The notes: generated by a model from the sequence alone, not told the origin. Counted from the stretch's first letter, positions 30,414 through 42,210 are shown. The stretch: DNA of 64,000 nt from Synechococcales cyanobacterium VAR_4_metabat_354 (GCA_031414775.1 JANOQI010000046.1:1-64000), one strand, 5' to 3'. Numbers and translations are program-made.

Positions 30414-31823
30414 ATGAATAAATCAACATTAGCCATATTTCTGGCGGTAGCTAGCTTGTGTAGTAGCTTGCTGACTAGTTGTGAAGATAAAACTGCGAAA
30501 CCACCAGCAGGCACGGTCAGCCCCAGCACTTCGGCACTGGCTAGCAAGGAAGGCTTAAAAATTGGGACATTACTTTCGGCAACTGGTGACGTGGCTTCGA
30601 TCGCCGCCCCCCTACCGGAAGCAGTGAAGTTGGTAGTCAAAAAAGCCAATGACTGTGGTGGTGTTAACGGCCAACCGGTCACAGTTATTTCCGAAGACGA
30701 CCAGAGTAAGCCGGATCAGGGCGTGGCCGGTATGACCAAATTGACTGAGCTAAATAAAGTGGCAGGTGTTGTCGGTTCCTTTTCTAGTGGTGTCTCGACC
30801 GCTGCGGCCTCAGTGGCTGTGAAAAACAAAGTAATGCTGATTTCGCCCGGTAGTACTAGTCCGGTCTTTACGGAAAAAGCCAAAACAGGCTTGTATAAAG
30901 GTTTTTGGTCACGGACAGCGCCCTCTGACGTACATCAAGCTCCGGCTTTAGCCAAGCTGGCCTTCGACAAGGGCATCAAAACTGTCGCCACAATTGCCAT
31001 TAACAATGACTACGGGGTCGGCTTTGAAAAAGAATTTGTGGCCGCTTTCAAAAAGCTAGGTGGTACTGTCACAAATGAAGCTAATCCGGTGCATTACGAC
31101 CCTAAAGCCGCCTCTTTTACCTCCGAAGTAAAAGCTGTATTTGCAGGTAAGCCCCAAGCCGTCGCTGCGATCGTCTACCCAGATGAAACTGGGCCATTAA
31201 TCATCAAAGAAGCATATTCGCAGGGTTTTAGCAAAGGCGTGCAGTTACTGTTCCCAGATGCTGGTTACTCCAATGATTTTCCTACCAAAGTGGGCAAAAG
31301 CGCCGATAGCAAGTTTATCTTGGCAGGCGCAATTGGTACTGTTCCAGGAGCCAATGGCACCGCCTTTAAAGATTTTGAAACTGCTTGGAAAGGCACCGGT
31401 AAACCGTTGACTCCTTATTTGGCTCAGTCTTGGGATGCTGGCGCTTTAATGATGCTAGCTGCCCAAGCTGCCAAAGTTAACACGGGTGAGGGCATCAACA
31501 GTAAAATGCGGGAAGTCGCTAGCGGTGATGGTGAGAAGGTTTCGGATATCTGTAAAGCTTTAGCCATGGTCAAAGAAGGTAAAAAAATCAATTACGAAGG
31601 TGCCAGCGGCAACGTCGATATTGATGAGAATGGTGATGTGATTGGGAGCTACGACATTTGGCAAGTACAGCCCGATGGCACTTTGAAAGTGACTGGCAAC
31701 GTCGCTGTCGCTGATCCTAAAACTGCTGGGAAGGAAACCAAGTCCAGTGCTTCACCCGCCGCACCCAAAACGGAAGTAGCTGATCCGAAGGCGACTAAGA
31801 GTCCTACCCCAGCTAAAACTTAA
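30414..31823 (+). CDS. Branched-chain/neutral amino-acid ABC transporter substrate-binding lipoprotein (NatB-like)
   Basis: Lipobox LLTSC, GGVNG, ISPGSTSP, RTAPSD, NNDYGVG, INYEGASG. Confidence 0.88.
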   Translation: MNKSTLAIFLAVASLCSSLLTSCEDKTAKPPAGTVSPSTSALASKEGLKIGTLLSATGDVASIAAPLPEAVKLVVKKANDCGGVNGQPVTVISEDDQSKPDQGVAGMTKLTELNKVAGVVGSFSSGVSTAAASVAVKNKVMLISPGSTSPVFTEKAKTGLYKGFWSRTAPSDVHQAPALAKLAFDKGIKTVATIAINNDYGVGFEKEFVAAFKKLGGTVTNEANPVHYDPKAASFTSEVKAVFAGKPQAVAAIVYPDETGPLIIKEAYSQGFSKGVQLLFPDAGYSNDFPTKVGKSADSKFILAGAIGTVPGANGTAFKDFETAWKGTGKPLTPYLAQSWDAGALMMLAAQAAKVNTGEGINSKMREVASGDGEKVSDICKALAMVKEGKKINYEGASGNVDIDENGDVIGSYDIWQVQPDGTLKVTGNVAVADPKTAGKETKSSASPAAPKTEVADPKATKSPTPAKT

Positions 31824-31873
31824 GTAATTTAACAATTGCTGATCCTTAACCTGCTCCTTCTGGAACAGGTTTT

Positions 31874-32227
31874 TTAATGCTGTTGCAAATAAGCCGCAAA
31901 TTGCTGTTGCTGATCGGTTAGAGCCAAGAGCAACTGACCAGCATTCGTAAACTGATGATCGAGAGCTGATTCTTCCATGTTGTGAGCGATCGAACTAATC
32001 GAATTCACTCCCACATTGGCAGCGGCTCCCTTGATGTAATGAGCCAGATGCTTGAGTTTTTCGGCATCCTGTTGTTCGATTGCCGTTTGCAATGCCCCTA
32101 GTTGCTCTTCTACATCTGCCGCTAGCATGTTTAACAGTTCCCACTCAAACTCGGAATCGGCATCAGAAATTTGATGTAAGCGTTCCCAATTAATTTCTAA
32201 TGAGCTACTGGAATTAATATTAGACAT
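31874..32227 (-). CDS. Stand-alone Hpt (histidine phosphotransfer) protein
   Basis: INWERLHQISD.D.EFE.ELL; LAHYIKGAAANVG. Confidence 0.9.
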   Translation of the reverse strand: MSNINSSSSLEINWERLHQISDADSEFEWELLNMLAADVEEQLGALQTAIEQQDAEKLKHLAHYIKGAAANVGVNSISSIAHNMEESALDHQFTNAGQLLLALTDQQQQFAAYLQQH

Positions 32228-32405
32228 GACTTTCGACTATTGAGGCAGTGGATAAATGCTGGCGACAATCTGACAGCTGTAACCCTGAACTAGTTGGCCA
32301 GAAAACTGTAGATTGTGACCTGGCTATCCTAATGATATCAGTTGGTAATTAGGTATTGTCGAAAATCCCTATAATTTGATATTCTAGAAAAGTTGTCTAA
32401 AAATT

Positions 32406-32470
32406 CGCACATCTGAGATTTCGGGTGTTTCTGAACCACAGAAATGCACTCAGATGGAGGATAAACCCGG
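32406..32470 (+). promoter_or_regulatory. rpsB (S2) autoregulatory leader RNA
   Basis: catctgag(32410-17)/ctcagatg(32449-56) stem, inner tttctg/cagaaa hairpin, GGGT...GGAGG...AACCC elements as in the known S2 leader. Confidence 0.7.
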
Positions 32471-32488
32471 AAGGAGTAATAATTTAAT

Positions 32489-33274
32489 ATGGCTGTAGTA
32501 TCTCTCGCGCAAATGATGGAGTCGGGTGTTCACTTTGGGCACCAAACCCGCCGTTGGAACCCCAAAATGGCTCCTTATATTTTCACCTCTCGGAATGGGG
32601 TGCATATCATTGACTTGGTGCAGACTGCCCAGTTGATGGAAGATGCCTATGATTATATGCGGACGGCTTCCGAACAGGGCAAGCGCTTTTTGTTTGTAGG
32701 CACCAAGCGCCAAGCCGCGACCATTATTGCCCAAGAAGCCACCCGTTGTGGGGCTTCCTTCATCAATCAACGGTGGTTGGGAGGAATGCTTACCAACTGG
32801 ACAACGATCAAGGGTCGAGTCGATCGCCTCAAAGATTTAGAACGGCGTGAAGAAAGCGGTGCCTTGGATCTATTGCCCAAGAAAGAAGCTTCCGTACTGC
32901 GCCGGGAAATGTTTAAGCTCCAGAAATATCTGGGTGGTATCAAAAACATGCGCAAAATTCCGGATATCGTGATCGTAGTCGATCAACGCCGGGAATATAA
33001 CGCCATGTTAGAGTGCCAAAAGCTCAATATTCCGATCGTCTCTTTACTAGATACCAACTGCGATCCAGACATCGTCGATGTACCGATCCCAGCCAACGAT
33101 GATGCTATTCGCTCGGTTAAACTAATCTTGGGCAAACTGGCTGATGCGGTCTACGAAGGTCGTCATGGTCAGCTAGATACCGAAGATGAGTATGCTGACT
33201 ACGCTGAAGAAGACTTCGAAGACGAAGTAGCAGCTGGCGAAGCTAGCCCTAGTGAAGCTGAAAGTGCAGGGTAG
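32489..33274 (+). CDS. rpsB: 30S ribosomal protein S2
   Basis: [40 protein letters not shown]. Confidence 0.99.
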   Translation: MAVVSLAQMMESGVHFGHQTRRWNPKMAPYIFTSRNGVHIIDLVQTAQLMEDAYDYMRTASEQGKRFLFVGTKRQAATIIAQEATRCGASFINQRWLGGMLTNWTTIKGRVDRLKDLERREESGALDLLPKKEASVLRREMFKLQKYLGGIKNMRKIPDIVIVVDQRREYNAMLECQKLNIPIVSLLDTNCDPDIVDVPIPANDDAIRSVKLILGKLADAVYEGRHGQLDTEDEYADYAEEDFEDEVAAGEASPSEAESAG

Positions 33275-33328
33275 TTTGAAAATTCTGAACTTTCCTGTTT
33301 TGCTCCTAATCAACTCCTAAATAACAAT

Positions 33329-34276
33329 ATGGCTGAAATTACTGCAAAAATGGTTCAAGAACTACGCCAGCTGACTGGCGCAGGGATGATGGACTGTAAA
33401 AAAGCGCTCAACGAAAATGACGGTGATATCACCAAGTCATCGGAATGGCTGCGTCAGAAAGGGATGATTGCGGCTGGAAAAAAAAGCGATCGAGTGACAG
33501 CCGAAGGTTTGGTAGATAACTACATCCAAGCCGATGGTAAAGCTGGTGTCTTGCTAGAAGTTAATTGTCAAACTGACTTTGTCGCCCGTAATGATGCCTT
33601 CAAGTTGCTAGTACAGAGCTTAGCTAATCAAGCAATTACTGCTGATGATGTCGCCGCGCTGTTGGCTCAGCCTTACTCCGAAGATCCCAGCGTTAAAGTT
33701 GAAGAAGCTCTAACTAAGTCGATCGCCACTTTGGGTGAAAATCTTAACATTCGGCGGTTAGCTAACTATCAATTGGCTGCTGGCTCAACTGGGGTCATTG
33801 ATTGCTACATTCATACTGGCGGTCGGGTGGGCGTACTCTTAGAGCTAGGGACTGAAGCAGCATCTGTTGCTGACAATGCCGATTTTAAGGGCTTAGCCCG
33901 CAATTTGGCGATGCAGGTGGCAGCTTGCCCCAACGTTGAATATATCAACGTTGCGGCTATTCCGACTGAGATCTCCTCGAAGGAAAAAGAAATGGAAATG
34001 GGTCGCGATGATTTGGCTGGCAAACCAGACAATATCAAAGAAAAAATCGTTCAGGGTCGGATTGATAAACGCCTGAAAGAAATGACCCTAGTCGATCAAC
34101 CTTACATCAAAGATCAAGGTAAGACGGTGGATGAACTACTCGCAGACAGCGCTAAGCAACTCGGTGGTAGTATTTCAGTTCGACGTTTTACTCGCTTTAT
34201 TTTGGGTGAAGGTATCGAGAAGAAAGAGTCTAACTTTGCGGAAGAAGTAGCTGCTCAAATGGGTGGGAACGCCTAG
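33329..34276 (+). CDS. tsf: Elongation factor Ts
   Basis: [41 protein letters not shown]. Confidence 0.99.
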   Translation: MAEITAKMVQELRQLTGAGMMDCKKALNENDGDITKSSEWLRQKGMIAAGKKSDRVTAEGLVDNYIQADGKAGVLLEVNCQTDFVARNDAFKLLVQSLANQAITADDVAALLAQPYSEDPSVKVEEALTKSIATLGENLNIRRLANYQLAAGSTGVIDCYIHTGGRVGVLLELGTEAASVADNADFKGLARNLAMQVAACPNVEYINVAAIPTEISSKEKEMEMGRDDLAGKPDNIKEKIVQGRIDKRLKEMTLVDQPYIKDQGKTVDELLADSAKQLGGSISVRRFTRFILGEGIEKKESNFAEEVAAQMGGNA

Positions 34277-34298
34277 TTTTTTGGCTAACTACTATTAG

Positions 34299-34328
34299 AA
34301 AGGCTGGTCTTTGACCGGCCTTTTTTTC
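34299..34328 (+). terminator. Rho-independent terminator of rpsB-tsf
   Basis: aggctggtc-ttt-gaccggcct hairpin followed by a T-run. Confidence 0.85.
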
Positions 34329-34414
34329 TGCTCAAATTCACAGAACCCAAAGCACGATCGAACTGGTCTGGTTAGAATGGGTGGGACAAGTAAGTAACCG
34401 CGCCCAAACCATTC

Positions 34415-35275
34415 ATGAGTAACGATCTATATCAACAAATTCAGCAATTTTATGATGCCTCTAGTGGCTTGTGGGAAAGTATCTGGGGCGAACATATGCA
34501 TCATGGCTACTATGGTGTGGATGGCAAAAAGAAGATCGATCGTCGCCAAGCCCAGATTGACCTGATTGAAGAATTACTGCGTTGGTCTGGTTGTAATAGT
34601 TCCGATGGCCAAGCCCCCAAGATTATTGATATTGGTTGTGGTATTGGCGGTAGTAGCCTTTATTTGGCTGAAAAATTACAAGCCGAAGTAGTGGGAATTA
34701 CGCTATCGCCCGTGCAGGCCAACCGTGCTCAGGAAAGAGCCACCGCAGCTGGATTGAAAGATAAAGCTATTTTTAAAGTGGCGAATGCTTTGGCTATTCC
34801 TTATGAAGACAATACTTTTGATGTGGTTTGGACATTAGAAAGCGGCGAGCATATGCCAGATAAAACAAAATTCTTGCAAGAGTGTTATCGAGTACTGAAA
34901 CCAGGTGGTCGCTTGATTTTTGCCACTTGGTGTCATCGTTCTACCGACGGCGAGGCCGGGTTTTTAACCCCAGCTGAAATTAGACATCTCGACCAAATCT
35001 ATGAGGTCTACTGTTTACCCTACGTGATCTCACTACCAGAATATGAAGCTATCACCACTGCATGTGGCTTTCAGGGAATGCGATCGACTGATTGGTCGGT
35101 GGCCGTAGCACCTTTCTGGGAGGTGGTGATCGACTCTAGTATTACGCCAGAAGCCATTTTGGGATTATTTAAAGCGGGCTGGAAAACAATTCAAGCGGCA
35201 CTATCTCTAAAGTTAATGAGTCAAGGCTACGAAAGAGGATTAATTCGATTTGGTCTGATTACAGCCACTAAATAA
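34415..35275 (+). CDS. Gamma-tocopherol methyltransferase (SAM-dependent; Slr0089/VTE4-like)
   Basis: FYDASSGLWESIWGEHMHHGYY, DIGCGIGGS, ESGEHMPDK, TWCHR; adjacent to hppD. Confidence 0.92.
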   Translation: MSNDLYQQIQQFYDASSGLWESIWGEHMHHGYYGVDGKKKIDRRQAQIDLIEELLRWSGCNSSDGQAPKIIDIGCGIGGSSLYLAEKLQAEVVGITLSPVQANRAQERATAAGLKDKAIFKVANALAIPYEDNTFDVVWTLESGEHMPDKTKFLQECYRVLKPGGRLIFATWCHRSTDGEAGFLTPAEIRHLDQIYEVYCLPYVISLPEYEAITTACGFQGMRSTDWSVAVAPFWEVVIDSSITPEAILGLFKAGWKTIQAALSLKLMSQGYERGLIRFGLITATK

Positions 35276-35305
35276 AGAATTGATTGGAATTTCTAACTAG
35301 GTGCT

Positions 35306-36355
35306 ATGAAAATCGATCACATTCATTTTTTCGTCGAAGATGCCGCGCAAACGCGCGATTGGTTGATCCAAAAAATGGGTTTTCAATCCGGTGGTCAACG
35401 AGTAGATGAACACACCTGTACCGAACTGGTGGGTAGCGGCACAGTTTTATTTCGGGTATCCTCCGCCCGGAGTGAGTCTAGCCCGGTGGCTAACTATTTG
35501 GCCTCGCATCCGGCTGGAGTGGCAAATATTGCTTTTCTGGTTGATGATCTGGAACTATGGGCTGAAAAGATTGCTCGTTTGGATATTAATATTATTGAAG
35601 AATACGACCTATCGATCGACAATACTGAGCAGCTCACTATTCAAGGTTGGGGAGATTTTCAACACACTTTAGTTACCAATGCTAGTAATCCAATATTGGC
35701 ACCAATCGAATTGGAGCAAGATTATCAAAATCCGATTGTAGATATCGATCATGTAGTTTTAAATGTTGGTCAGCACCAATTAGCAGCAGCGACGGATTGG
35801 TATCAAAGTCTTTTCGATTTCCAAGTTCAACAATCTTTTAATATCCAAACTGGCTCTTCTGGCTTGTATAGTCAAGCCCTAGTGGATGCTACTGGTCAAA
35901 TTCAGTTCAATATCAATGAACCCAGCAGTCCCAATTCTCAAATTCAGACTTTTCTCGATGTGAATGGTGGTGCTGGTATTCAACATGTTGCGCTGCGCAC
36001 TGCTAATATTTTTCAAACTGTGACTGAGATGCGATCGCAAGATTTAGCATTTTTGCCGATTCCCCAAAGCTACTACACCAATTTAAAAAGCCGTTCCCGA
36101 CAGGCTCATAATTTTTCTCTTCAGCACCAGGAATGGCAAGATTTAGAAAAATCGGAGATCCTGTTGGACTGGCCAGAAAATAATGCTTCAGATTTGTTGA
36201 TGCAGATCTTCACACAACCAATTTTCGCCCAGCCAACTTTCTTTTTTGAAATTATTGAGCGGCGCGGTCAAGTCCAAGGATTTGGCGAGGGAAACTTTCT
36301 CGCGTTGTTTCAGGCGATCGAACAAGAAGAACTAAAAAAAGTTCATGCCGACTAA
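35306..36355 (+). CDS. hppD: 4-hydroxyphenylpyruvate dioxygenase
   Basis: IDHVVLNV, INEP, GAGIQHVAL, QIFTQPIF..PTFFFEIIERR, GFGEGNF.ALF. Confidence 0.95.
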   Translation: MKIDHIHFFVEDAAQTRDWLIQKMGFQSGGQRVDEHTCTELVGSGTVLFRVSSARSESSPVANYLASHPAGVANIAFLVDDLELWAEKIARLDINIIEEYDLSIDNTEQLTIQGWGDFQHTLVTNASNPILAPIELEQDYQNPIVDIDHVVLNVGQHQLAAATDWYQSLFDFQVQQSFNIQTGSSGLYSQALVDATGQIQFNINEPSSPNSQIQTFLDVNGGAGIQHVALRTANIFQTVTEMRSQDLAFLPIPQSYYTNLKSRSRQAHNFSLQHQEWQDLEKSEILLDWPENNASDLLMQIFTQPIFAQPTFFFEIIERRGQVQGFGEGNFLALFQAIEQEELKKVHAD

Positions 36356-36361
36356 TCGATA

Positions 36362-36433
36362 AGCGGATGATGGGACTCGAACCCACAACTTTCAGCATGG
36401 GAAGCTGACACTCTACCATTGAGTCACATCCGC
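36362..36433 (-). tRNA. tRNA-Gly (CCC)
   Basis: Reverse complement GCGGATG..ACTCAATGGTAGAGT..TCAGC-TTCCCAT-GCTGA..GTGGGTTCGAGTCCCAT-CATCCGC-T; full cloverleaf, CCA not encoded. Confidence 0.96.
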
Positions 36434-36481
36434 GCACAATATACATTATAGAATAGATTACACAACTATCGCGGTTAGAGT

Positions 36482-37651
36482 ATGAATTGGTGGCAGCAAC
36501 TAAATCGGAATGGACTCGCCCGACTGGGAGCAATTACCTTGGTGACTCTTTATGTGATCTCGATCGGAGCCGAGTTCATTGCCCCCTACGATCCCTATGC
36601 ATCTCAAAAAGACGGCTCGTTGCTGCCACCCACGCCGATTCACTTTACTAATGACCAAGGCGAAATGATGGCGCCAGTGGTTTATCCAGTCACCCAGGGA
36701 CAGACCGATCTGGCTACTGGTGATCGCAAATTGAAGATCGATCGAACCAAACCTGCACCGCTGCAATTATTTGTGGCTGGTGATGAATACAAATTATTTA
36801 CCATTAAGATTCCTAAATTCCCCAAGCTGGGTGGTACCGAAAAAAAGGGCGCCAAGCGATCGAAAAATGAAAACAATGAAGTGACCCTCTTCAAAGGATT
36901 TGATGCCAACTTACATTTATTTGGCACCAGCGATCCTACTAAGCCCGGTCGGATTAATTTATTAGGAACTGACGAACAGGGGCGCGATCAGTTTAGCCGG
37001 TTGATTTATGGCAGCCGCATCAGTCTATTCATTGGGTTAATTGGCATTTTGATCTCTTTCCCATTGGGGATGTTAATTGGCGGTGTCGCTGGTTATTTTG
37101 GTGGCTGGCTAGACACAATCTTAATGCGCGCCGCCGAAGTCCTGATGACTATGCCCAGCCTCTACTTGCTAGTGGCACTAGCCGCCATTCTACCAGCCGG
37201 AATTTCTAGCTCCCAGCGCTTTTTGTTGATTGTAATTATTACTTCTTTTATCGGTTGGGCTGGCCTGGCCAGAGTCGTGCGGGGGCAAGTGCTATCCATT
37301 AAGGAACGGGAGTTTATTCAAGCCGCTCAAGTAATGGGGGCGCATCCGTTTTACATCGTGATGCGTCATGTACTTCCCCAAACCTCGACCTACCTAGTTA
37401 TTGCCGCCACCCTCGCCATTCCAGGCTTTATCATCTCCGAATCAGTACTGAGCTTAATTGGGCTGGGCATCCAACAGCCCGATCCTTCCTGGGGAAATAT
37501 GCTCTCTTTGGCTACCAACACCTCAATTTTGACTTTTCAGCCTTGGTTGGTGTGGCCACCAGCTCTTTTGATCGCAGCTGTAGTTTTGTCCTTTAACCTC
37601 TTGGGTGATGGCTTGCGGGACGCACTCGACCCGCGTAGCATCAAGCGTTGA
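36482..37651 (+). CDS. Oligopeptide/dipeptide ABC transporter permease (OppC/DppC)
   Basis: LLGTDEQGRDQFSRL, ARVVRGQVLSIKEREF, ESVLSLIGLG..PSWG, NLLGDGLRDALDPR. Confidence 0.93.
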   Translation: MNWWQQLNRNGLARLGAITLVTLYVISIGAEFIAPYDPYASQKDGSLLPPTPIHFTNDQGEMMAPVVYPVTQGQTDLATGDRKLKIDRTKPAPLQLFVAGDEYKLFTIKIPKFPKLGGTEKKGAKRSKNENNEVTLFKGFDANLHLFGTSDPTKPGRINLLGTDEQGRDQFSRLIYGSRISLFIGLIGILISFPLGMLIGGVAGYFGGWLDTILMRAAEVLMTMPSLYLLVALAAILPAGISSSQRFLLIVIITSFIGWAGLARVVRGQVLSIKEREFIQAAQVMGAHPFYIVMRHVLPQTSTYLVIAATLAIPGFIISESVLSLIGLGIQQPDPSWGNMLSLATNTSILTFQPWLVWPPALLIAAVVLSFNLLGDGLRDALDPRSIKR

Positions 37652-37737
37652 AAATTGTTGAAATTTAATTGGCCATTCTTGGTAAATCATCTAAAGTGAA
37701 TAGAGATAATTAATCTTTTATTAATCCCCCGGTGGCT

Positions 37738-39651
37738 ATGCACCTAAGCGAACTTACTCACCCCAATCAATTGCACGGCCTACCTGTCCGTGAACTAGAA
37801 CAGATTGGTCGCGAAATCCGCGAAAAACACCTGCAAACAGTGGCGACTAGCGGTGGCCATTTAGCCCCAGGCTTGGGAGTTGTAGAACTGACGATTGCCC
37901 TCTACCAAACCCTAGATTTAGACCGCGACAAGGTGATTTGGGACGTTGGACATCAAGCCTATCCCCACAAACTTTTAACTGGTCGCTACAAAGATTTTCA
38001 TACCCTCCGTCAAAAAAATGGAGTCGCTGGCTACCTGAACCGGGGCGAGAGCAAATTTGACCACTTTGGCGCTGGCCATGCTTCCACTAGTATTTCCGCC
38101 GCTTTGGGGATGGCGATTGCCCGTGATCTCAAAGGGGAAGACTTTAAATGCGTGGCAGTGATTGGCGATGGCGCTCTGACTGGTGGCATGGCACTGGAAG
38201 CGATCAATCATGCTGGTCACTTACCGAAGACCAACATGTTGGTAGTGCTGAACGATAATGATATGTCGATCTCCCCGAATGTAGGAGCGATTTCGCGTTA
38301 TCTCAACAAAATTCGGGTTAGCCCCGAAGTGCAGTATGTTACCGATAATCTGCAAGATCAGCTCAAAAATATTCCGTTCGTGGGTCAAGCCCTCTATCCG
38401 GAACTCGATCGAGTGAAAGAAGGCATGAAGCGACTAGCCGTGCCCAAAATGGGTGCAGTGTTTGAAGAATTGGGCTTTACCTATATGGGACCAGTAGATG
38501 GTCACAACATCGAAGAGCTAATTACTACTTTCCGGGCTGCTCATAAGCATCCGGGGCCAGTGCTAGTACATGTGGCAACTACCAAGGGTAAGGGCTACGA
38601 AATAGCTGAGAAAGATCAAGTAGGCTATCATGCCCAAAATCCTTTCAACTTAGCTACGGGTAAAGCCATTCCTTCTAGCAAGCCTAAGCCACCAGGCTAC
38701 TCTAAAGTTTTTTCAGATACCCTGATCACTCTGGCTGAACATAATCCGCGCATTGTGGCGATCACGGCAGCGATGGCAACTGGTACTGGGTTAGACAAAT
38801 TCCAGGCTAAGTTTCCCAAGCAATATATTGATGTCGGCATTGCGGAACAACACGCCGTCACCTTAGCCGCTGCGATGGCTGCCGAGGGAATGCGACCGGT
38901 CGCCACAATTTATTCAACCTTCTTGCAACGGGCCTTCGATCAGATTATTCATGATGTCTGTATTCAGAATCTGCCGGTCTTTTTCTGTTTGGATCGAGCG
39001 GGAATTGTCGGGGCGGATGGTCCCACCCACCAAGGGATGTATGACATTGCCTACCTGCGTTGTATCCCAAACATGGTGCTGATGGCTCCGAAAGATGAGG
39101 GTGAATTACAGCGTATGATTGTGACCGGCATTGAATATACCGATGGCCCGATCGCCCTCCGTTATCCGCGCGGGAATGGCTATGGGGTGCCGTTGATGGA
39201 AGAAGGGTGGGAAACCCTGCCAATCGGCAAGGCCGAAATTCTGCGGCAGGGTGACGATGTATTGTTGCTCGCCTACGGCTCGATGGTACATCCAACCATG
39301 CAAGCTGCTCAACTTTTAAATGAACATGGCATCTCTGCCACCGTCATTAATGGTCGATTTGCCAAGCCTTTGGATACTGAGTTGATTCTGCCCTTAGCCC
39401 AAAAAATTGGCAAAGTAGTAACGGTGGAAGAAGGCTGTTTAGCTGGTGGCTTTGGTTCAGCGGTGGCGGAGTCTTTGCTAGATCACAATATCGTGGTGCC
39501 CTTGAAACGGATTGGAGTTCCAGATAAATTGGTTGAGCACGCTACTCCTGAGGAGTCTTTGACAGAGTTGGGTCTGACTGGTGCCCAGATTGCAGAGACA
39601 ATTCGGACTGGTTTCTTTGCTGCTCAAGTAGCGCAGCCAATTAAAGTCTAG
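37738..39651 (+). CDS. dxs: 1-deoxy-D-xylulose-5-phosphate synthase
   Basis: [48 protein letters not shown]. Confidence 0.98.
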   Translation: MHLSELTHPNQLHGLPVRELEQIGREIREKHLQTVATSGGHLAPGLGVVELTIALYQTLDLDRDKVIWDVGHQAYPHKLLTGRYKDFHTLRQKNGVAGYLNRGESKFDHFGAGHASTSISAALGMAIARDLKGEDFKCVAVIGDGALTGGMALEAINHAGHLPKTNMLVVLNDNDMSISPNVGAISRYLNKIRVSPEVQYVTDNLQDQLKNIPFVGQALYPELDRVKEGMKRLAVPKMGAVFEELGFTYMGPVDGHNIEELITTFRAAHKHPGPVLVHVATTKGKGYEIAEKDQVGYHAQNPFNLATGKAIPSSKPKPPGYSKVFSDTLITLAEHNPRIVAITAAMATGTGLDKFQAKFPKQYIDVGIAEQHAVTLAAAMAAEGMRPVATIYSTFLQRAFDQIIHDVCIQNLPVFFCLDRAGIVGADGPTHQGMYDIAYLRCIPNMVLMAPKDEGELQRMIVTGIEYTDGPIALRYPRGNGYGVPLMEEGWETLPIGKAEILRQGDDVLLLAYGSMVHPTMQAAQLLNEHGISATVINGRFAKPLDTELILPLAQKIGKVVTVEEGCLAGGFGSAVAESLLDHNIVVPLKRIGVPDKLVEHATPEESLTELGLTGAQIAETIRTGFFAAQVAQPIKV

Positions 39652-39666
39652 AAGTATCACTATTGG

Positions 39667-39712
39667 CAGACACAAAAAATCCTCTGTTTTTACAGAGGAT
39701 TTTTTGTGTTTG
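39667..39712. terminator. Long hairpin terminator after dxs
   Basis: cagacacaaaaaatcctctgt-tttt-acagaggattttttgtgtttg. Confidence 0.85.
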
Positions 39713-39896
39713 AGAGCAGAAATATTGTCGGTAAGTTATAAATATCTCCAGTTAAGACAATCAAAATAAATAATAATAAACTAGCGAATGGTGATTGCTA
39801 ATAATAATGAGGGTACTCTAAGTTTACTTAATTCATCAATTTTTATGGTGGGAGTCTTTTCCGCCAATAGAAAATCTTATAGCAAAGATCTGTCTT

Positions 39897-41102
39897 ATGC
39901 CCTCCGAAATCAAAACTTCTGAATTGTTGACCAGGTTATCTAACAATCAAAGTACTGGTTGCTTAGAAATAACTAGTGGCTCCACTAGCTGGCATGTTTT
40001 CCTCAGATTTGGACAATTAGTGAATGTCGATTGTTCGAGTCAATCTTTGAGTCAATTGAGTCAACGTTTACGTCAGCTAGGTTATGATGCGGCAGCTATG
40101 GCTCTGAAAACCGATCCCTATCATAGTTTGTCAACAGATAGCTTAGTAAGTCAGAAATTAGATGATTTAGAGCTACAGGGCTTACTTGATCAAGGACAAC
40201 TACGCCACATAACGTTGGAATTGATGAAAGAAGCATTGGAATCTCTACTATGGATCACCGAGGGAGATAGCATCTGGCATCAAAATCAACAGATATCGAC
40301 AACAGCACCCAGCAATTCACAGACTAGCTTAAACTTAATAGCTACGTTGGACTATTACCAGCGACGACTAAAAATTTGGCAAAAATTTACCACCGTTGTC
40401 CAGTCTCCCCATCAACGTCCCTACCTGACTGCTGAAAAACTGTTAGACAAACCAGTCTTATCTGGTACATTATCGTTCACTGCCTTGCAACAAATCTCTC
40501 AATTGATGCGTGGCATCAGTTTACGGGAGTTAGCAAGGTTGCTCAAGCAAGATGAATTGAAGTTAGTTCAATTGTTAATACCTTATATCCGTCACAACTT
40601 GATTTTTTTACGGCCGCCCTCGGTGCCCTTTGATACTCTACCAACTATTCCAGAACCGCCGCTGTTGCCACTGACGATCAGTGGTGAATTGACACTGATC
40701 GATCATGAGTTAAATCCTTCCAACAATAAGTCAAAAAATTATCAAATTGCCTGCATTGATGATAGTCCACTTATTTTGGACGAAATTGAGCGATTCTTAG
40801 AGAAAAGTGGAAAATATCAACTCACTAAGTTGCTAGAACCGATCAAAGCTTCTGCGGCTATTTTCCGGCTAAAGCCAGATTTGATTTTGATGGATATCAC
40901 TATGCCAAATATCAATGGCTATAAGCTTTGCAGCTTGTTTAGAAGTAGTGAGGCACTGGCGAAAACCCCAATTATTATGGTAACTGGCAATAAAGGTTTA
41001 GTTGATCAGGTACGAGCCAAATTAGTAGGAGCCACTGATTATTTGACTAAGCCTTTTACCGAATCAGAATTACTGGCAATAATTGAAAAGAATTTAACTT
41101 GA
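39897..41102 (+). CDS. PatA-family response regulator (PATAN + REC)
   Basis: N-terminal PATAN-like region (QSTGCL..W....G; SPHQRPY), C-terminal IACIDDSP..PDLILMDITMP.INGY.LC; first gene of the Che-like operon. Confidence 0.9.
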   Translation: MPSEIKTSELLTRLSNNQSTGCLEITSGSTSWHVFLRFGQLVNVDCSSQSLSQLSQRLRQLGYDAAAMALKTDPYHSLSTDSLVSQKLDDLELQGLLDQGQLRHITLELMKEALESLLWITEGDSIWHQNQQISTTAPSNSQTSLNLIATLDYYQRRLKIWQKFTTVVQSPHQRPYLTAEKLLDKPVLSGTLSFTALQQISQLMRGISLRELARLLKQDELKLVQLLIPYIRHNLIFLRPPSVPFDTLPTIPEPPLLPLTISGELTLIDHELNPSNNKSKNYQIACIDDSPLILDEIERFLEKSGKYQLTKLLEPIKASAAIFRLKPDLILMDITMPNINGYKLCSLFRSSEALAKTPIIMVTGNKGLVDQVRAKLVGATDYLTKPFTESELLAIIEKNLT

Positions 41103-41209
41103 ATAGTGAATGTATTTGATCATGAACTGGGCATGATAAGTTTATCACTATCCTAACTATGGGTTGGTTGTAAGAATCAGTTTTTTAACTGGGAATTCGG
41201 GAATTAAAG

Positions 41210-41572
41210 ATGGCGAAGATTTTAGTAGTAGATGATATGCTGGCTGAATTAGAACTGACTTGTCAGTATTTGACTACAGCCGGACATACAACCGTTACAG
41301 CTTCTAATGGTGAAGAAGCTCTGCATAAAGCTAGGGAAAATCGGCCAGATGTGATTGTGACCGATTGGATGATGCCTGTGATGGGAGGATTAGAACTATG
41401 TCGCCATTTGAAAAAACAACCTGAGACAGCAAATATTCCGATCGTGGCCTGTACTGCCAAGAATCGAGAGGTAGATCGACTGTGGGCTATAAAGCAAGGC
41501 GTTAATGTTTATTTGACCAAACCTTACACTGCCGAAGAACTTGCCCACGCAGTTCGGGTAGCTATAGGTTGA
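41210..41572 (+). CDS. CheY-like single-domain response regulator
   Basis: ILVVDD, PDVIVTDWMMP, CTAK..DRLW..KQG..YLTKPY. Confidence 0.93.
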   Translation: MAKILVVDDMLAELELTCQYLTTAGHTTVTASNGEEALHKARENRPDVIVTDWMMPVMGGLELCRHLKKQPETANIPIVACTAKNREVDRLWAIKQGVNVYLTKPYTAEELAHAVRVAIG

Positions 41573-41577
41573 ATTTT

Positions 41578-42153
41578 ATGACAACTAACACCACCCTTTT
41601 TAGACTACAACAACTTTTACCTCATCTATTCCAACCAATTCAAGTTTCTGGCGATCCCTATCTGCGTTTTCAGCTGACCCCTGAGACTCCGGCTCTGATA
41701 TCGATGGAATGGGTACAAGAGGCGTTGCTCGTTTCGGCTAGCTCAATCTCTCCCCTCCCAAATATGCCAGTTTTTTCGATTGGCATCATGAGTGCTCGCG
41801 ATCGAGTCTTCTTGGTGGTCGATTTAGGTCAACTCTTAGGCTTAGCACCCTCGCTAGTCAATCCACGGAACTATCAAGTTATCACCATTCATTTACCCGC
41901 CGTGGGCACGGAAAATCGTACTTCATCTGAAAAATATCTCGGACTAGCTGTCCAGCGAGTGGGTGGGGTTGCTCGTTTTGAGACCAAGCCGTTGCCTATA
42001 GTTACTGAAAAGTGTCCCGTTGGTTTAGCACCTTATTTGTTAGGGAATTTCATGGAAGGAAACGAACAAATTTTAGTATTGAATATAGAAGCGATCTTAG
42101 CCAGTTCATTGTTAACCACTAATCCAATCAACCAAGTTAACTATCAAAATTAA
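41578..42153 (+). CDS. CheW-like coupling protein
   Basis: YLRFQL, ISPLPNMP, VVDLGQLLG, LGLAV..V; operon context. Confidence 0.88.
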   Translation: MTTNTTLFRLQQLLPHLFQPIQVSGDPYLRFQLTPETPALISMEWVQEALLVSASSISPLPNMPVFSIGIMSARDRVFLVVDLGQLLGLAPSLVNPRNYQVITIHLPAVGTENRTSSEKYLGLAVQRVGGVARFETKPLPIVTEKCPVGLAPYLLGNFMEGNEQILVLNIEAILASSLLTTNPINQVNYQN

Positions 42154-42210
42154 TTACAGCCCAGATTTGTTTTAAGCCAATTTCTATCCTCTTACTTGAT
42201 CTGTCAGCTT

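Noticed and set aside
36252..36533. 93-aa ORF, and possible integration site at tRNA-Gly
   Set aside because: The ORF spans the tRNA; there is no integrase or duplicated tRNA 3' end, and both flanks are core genes.
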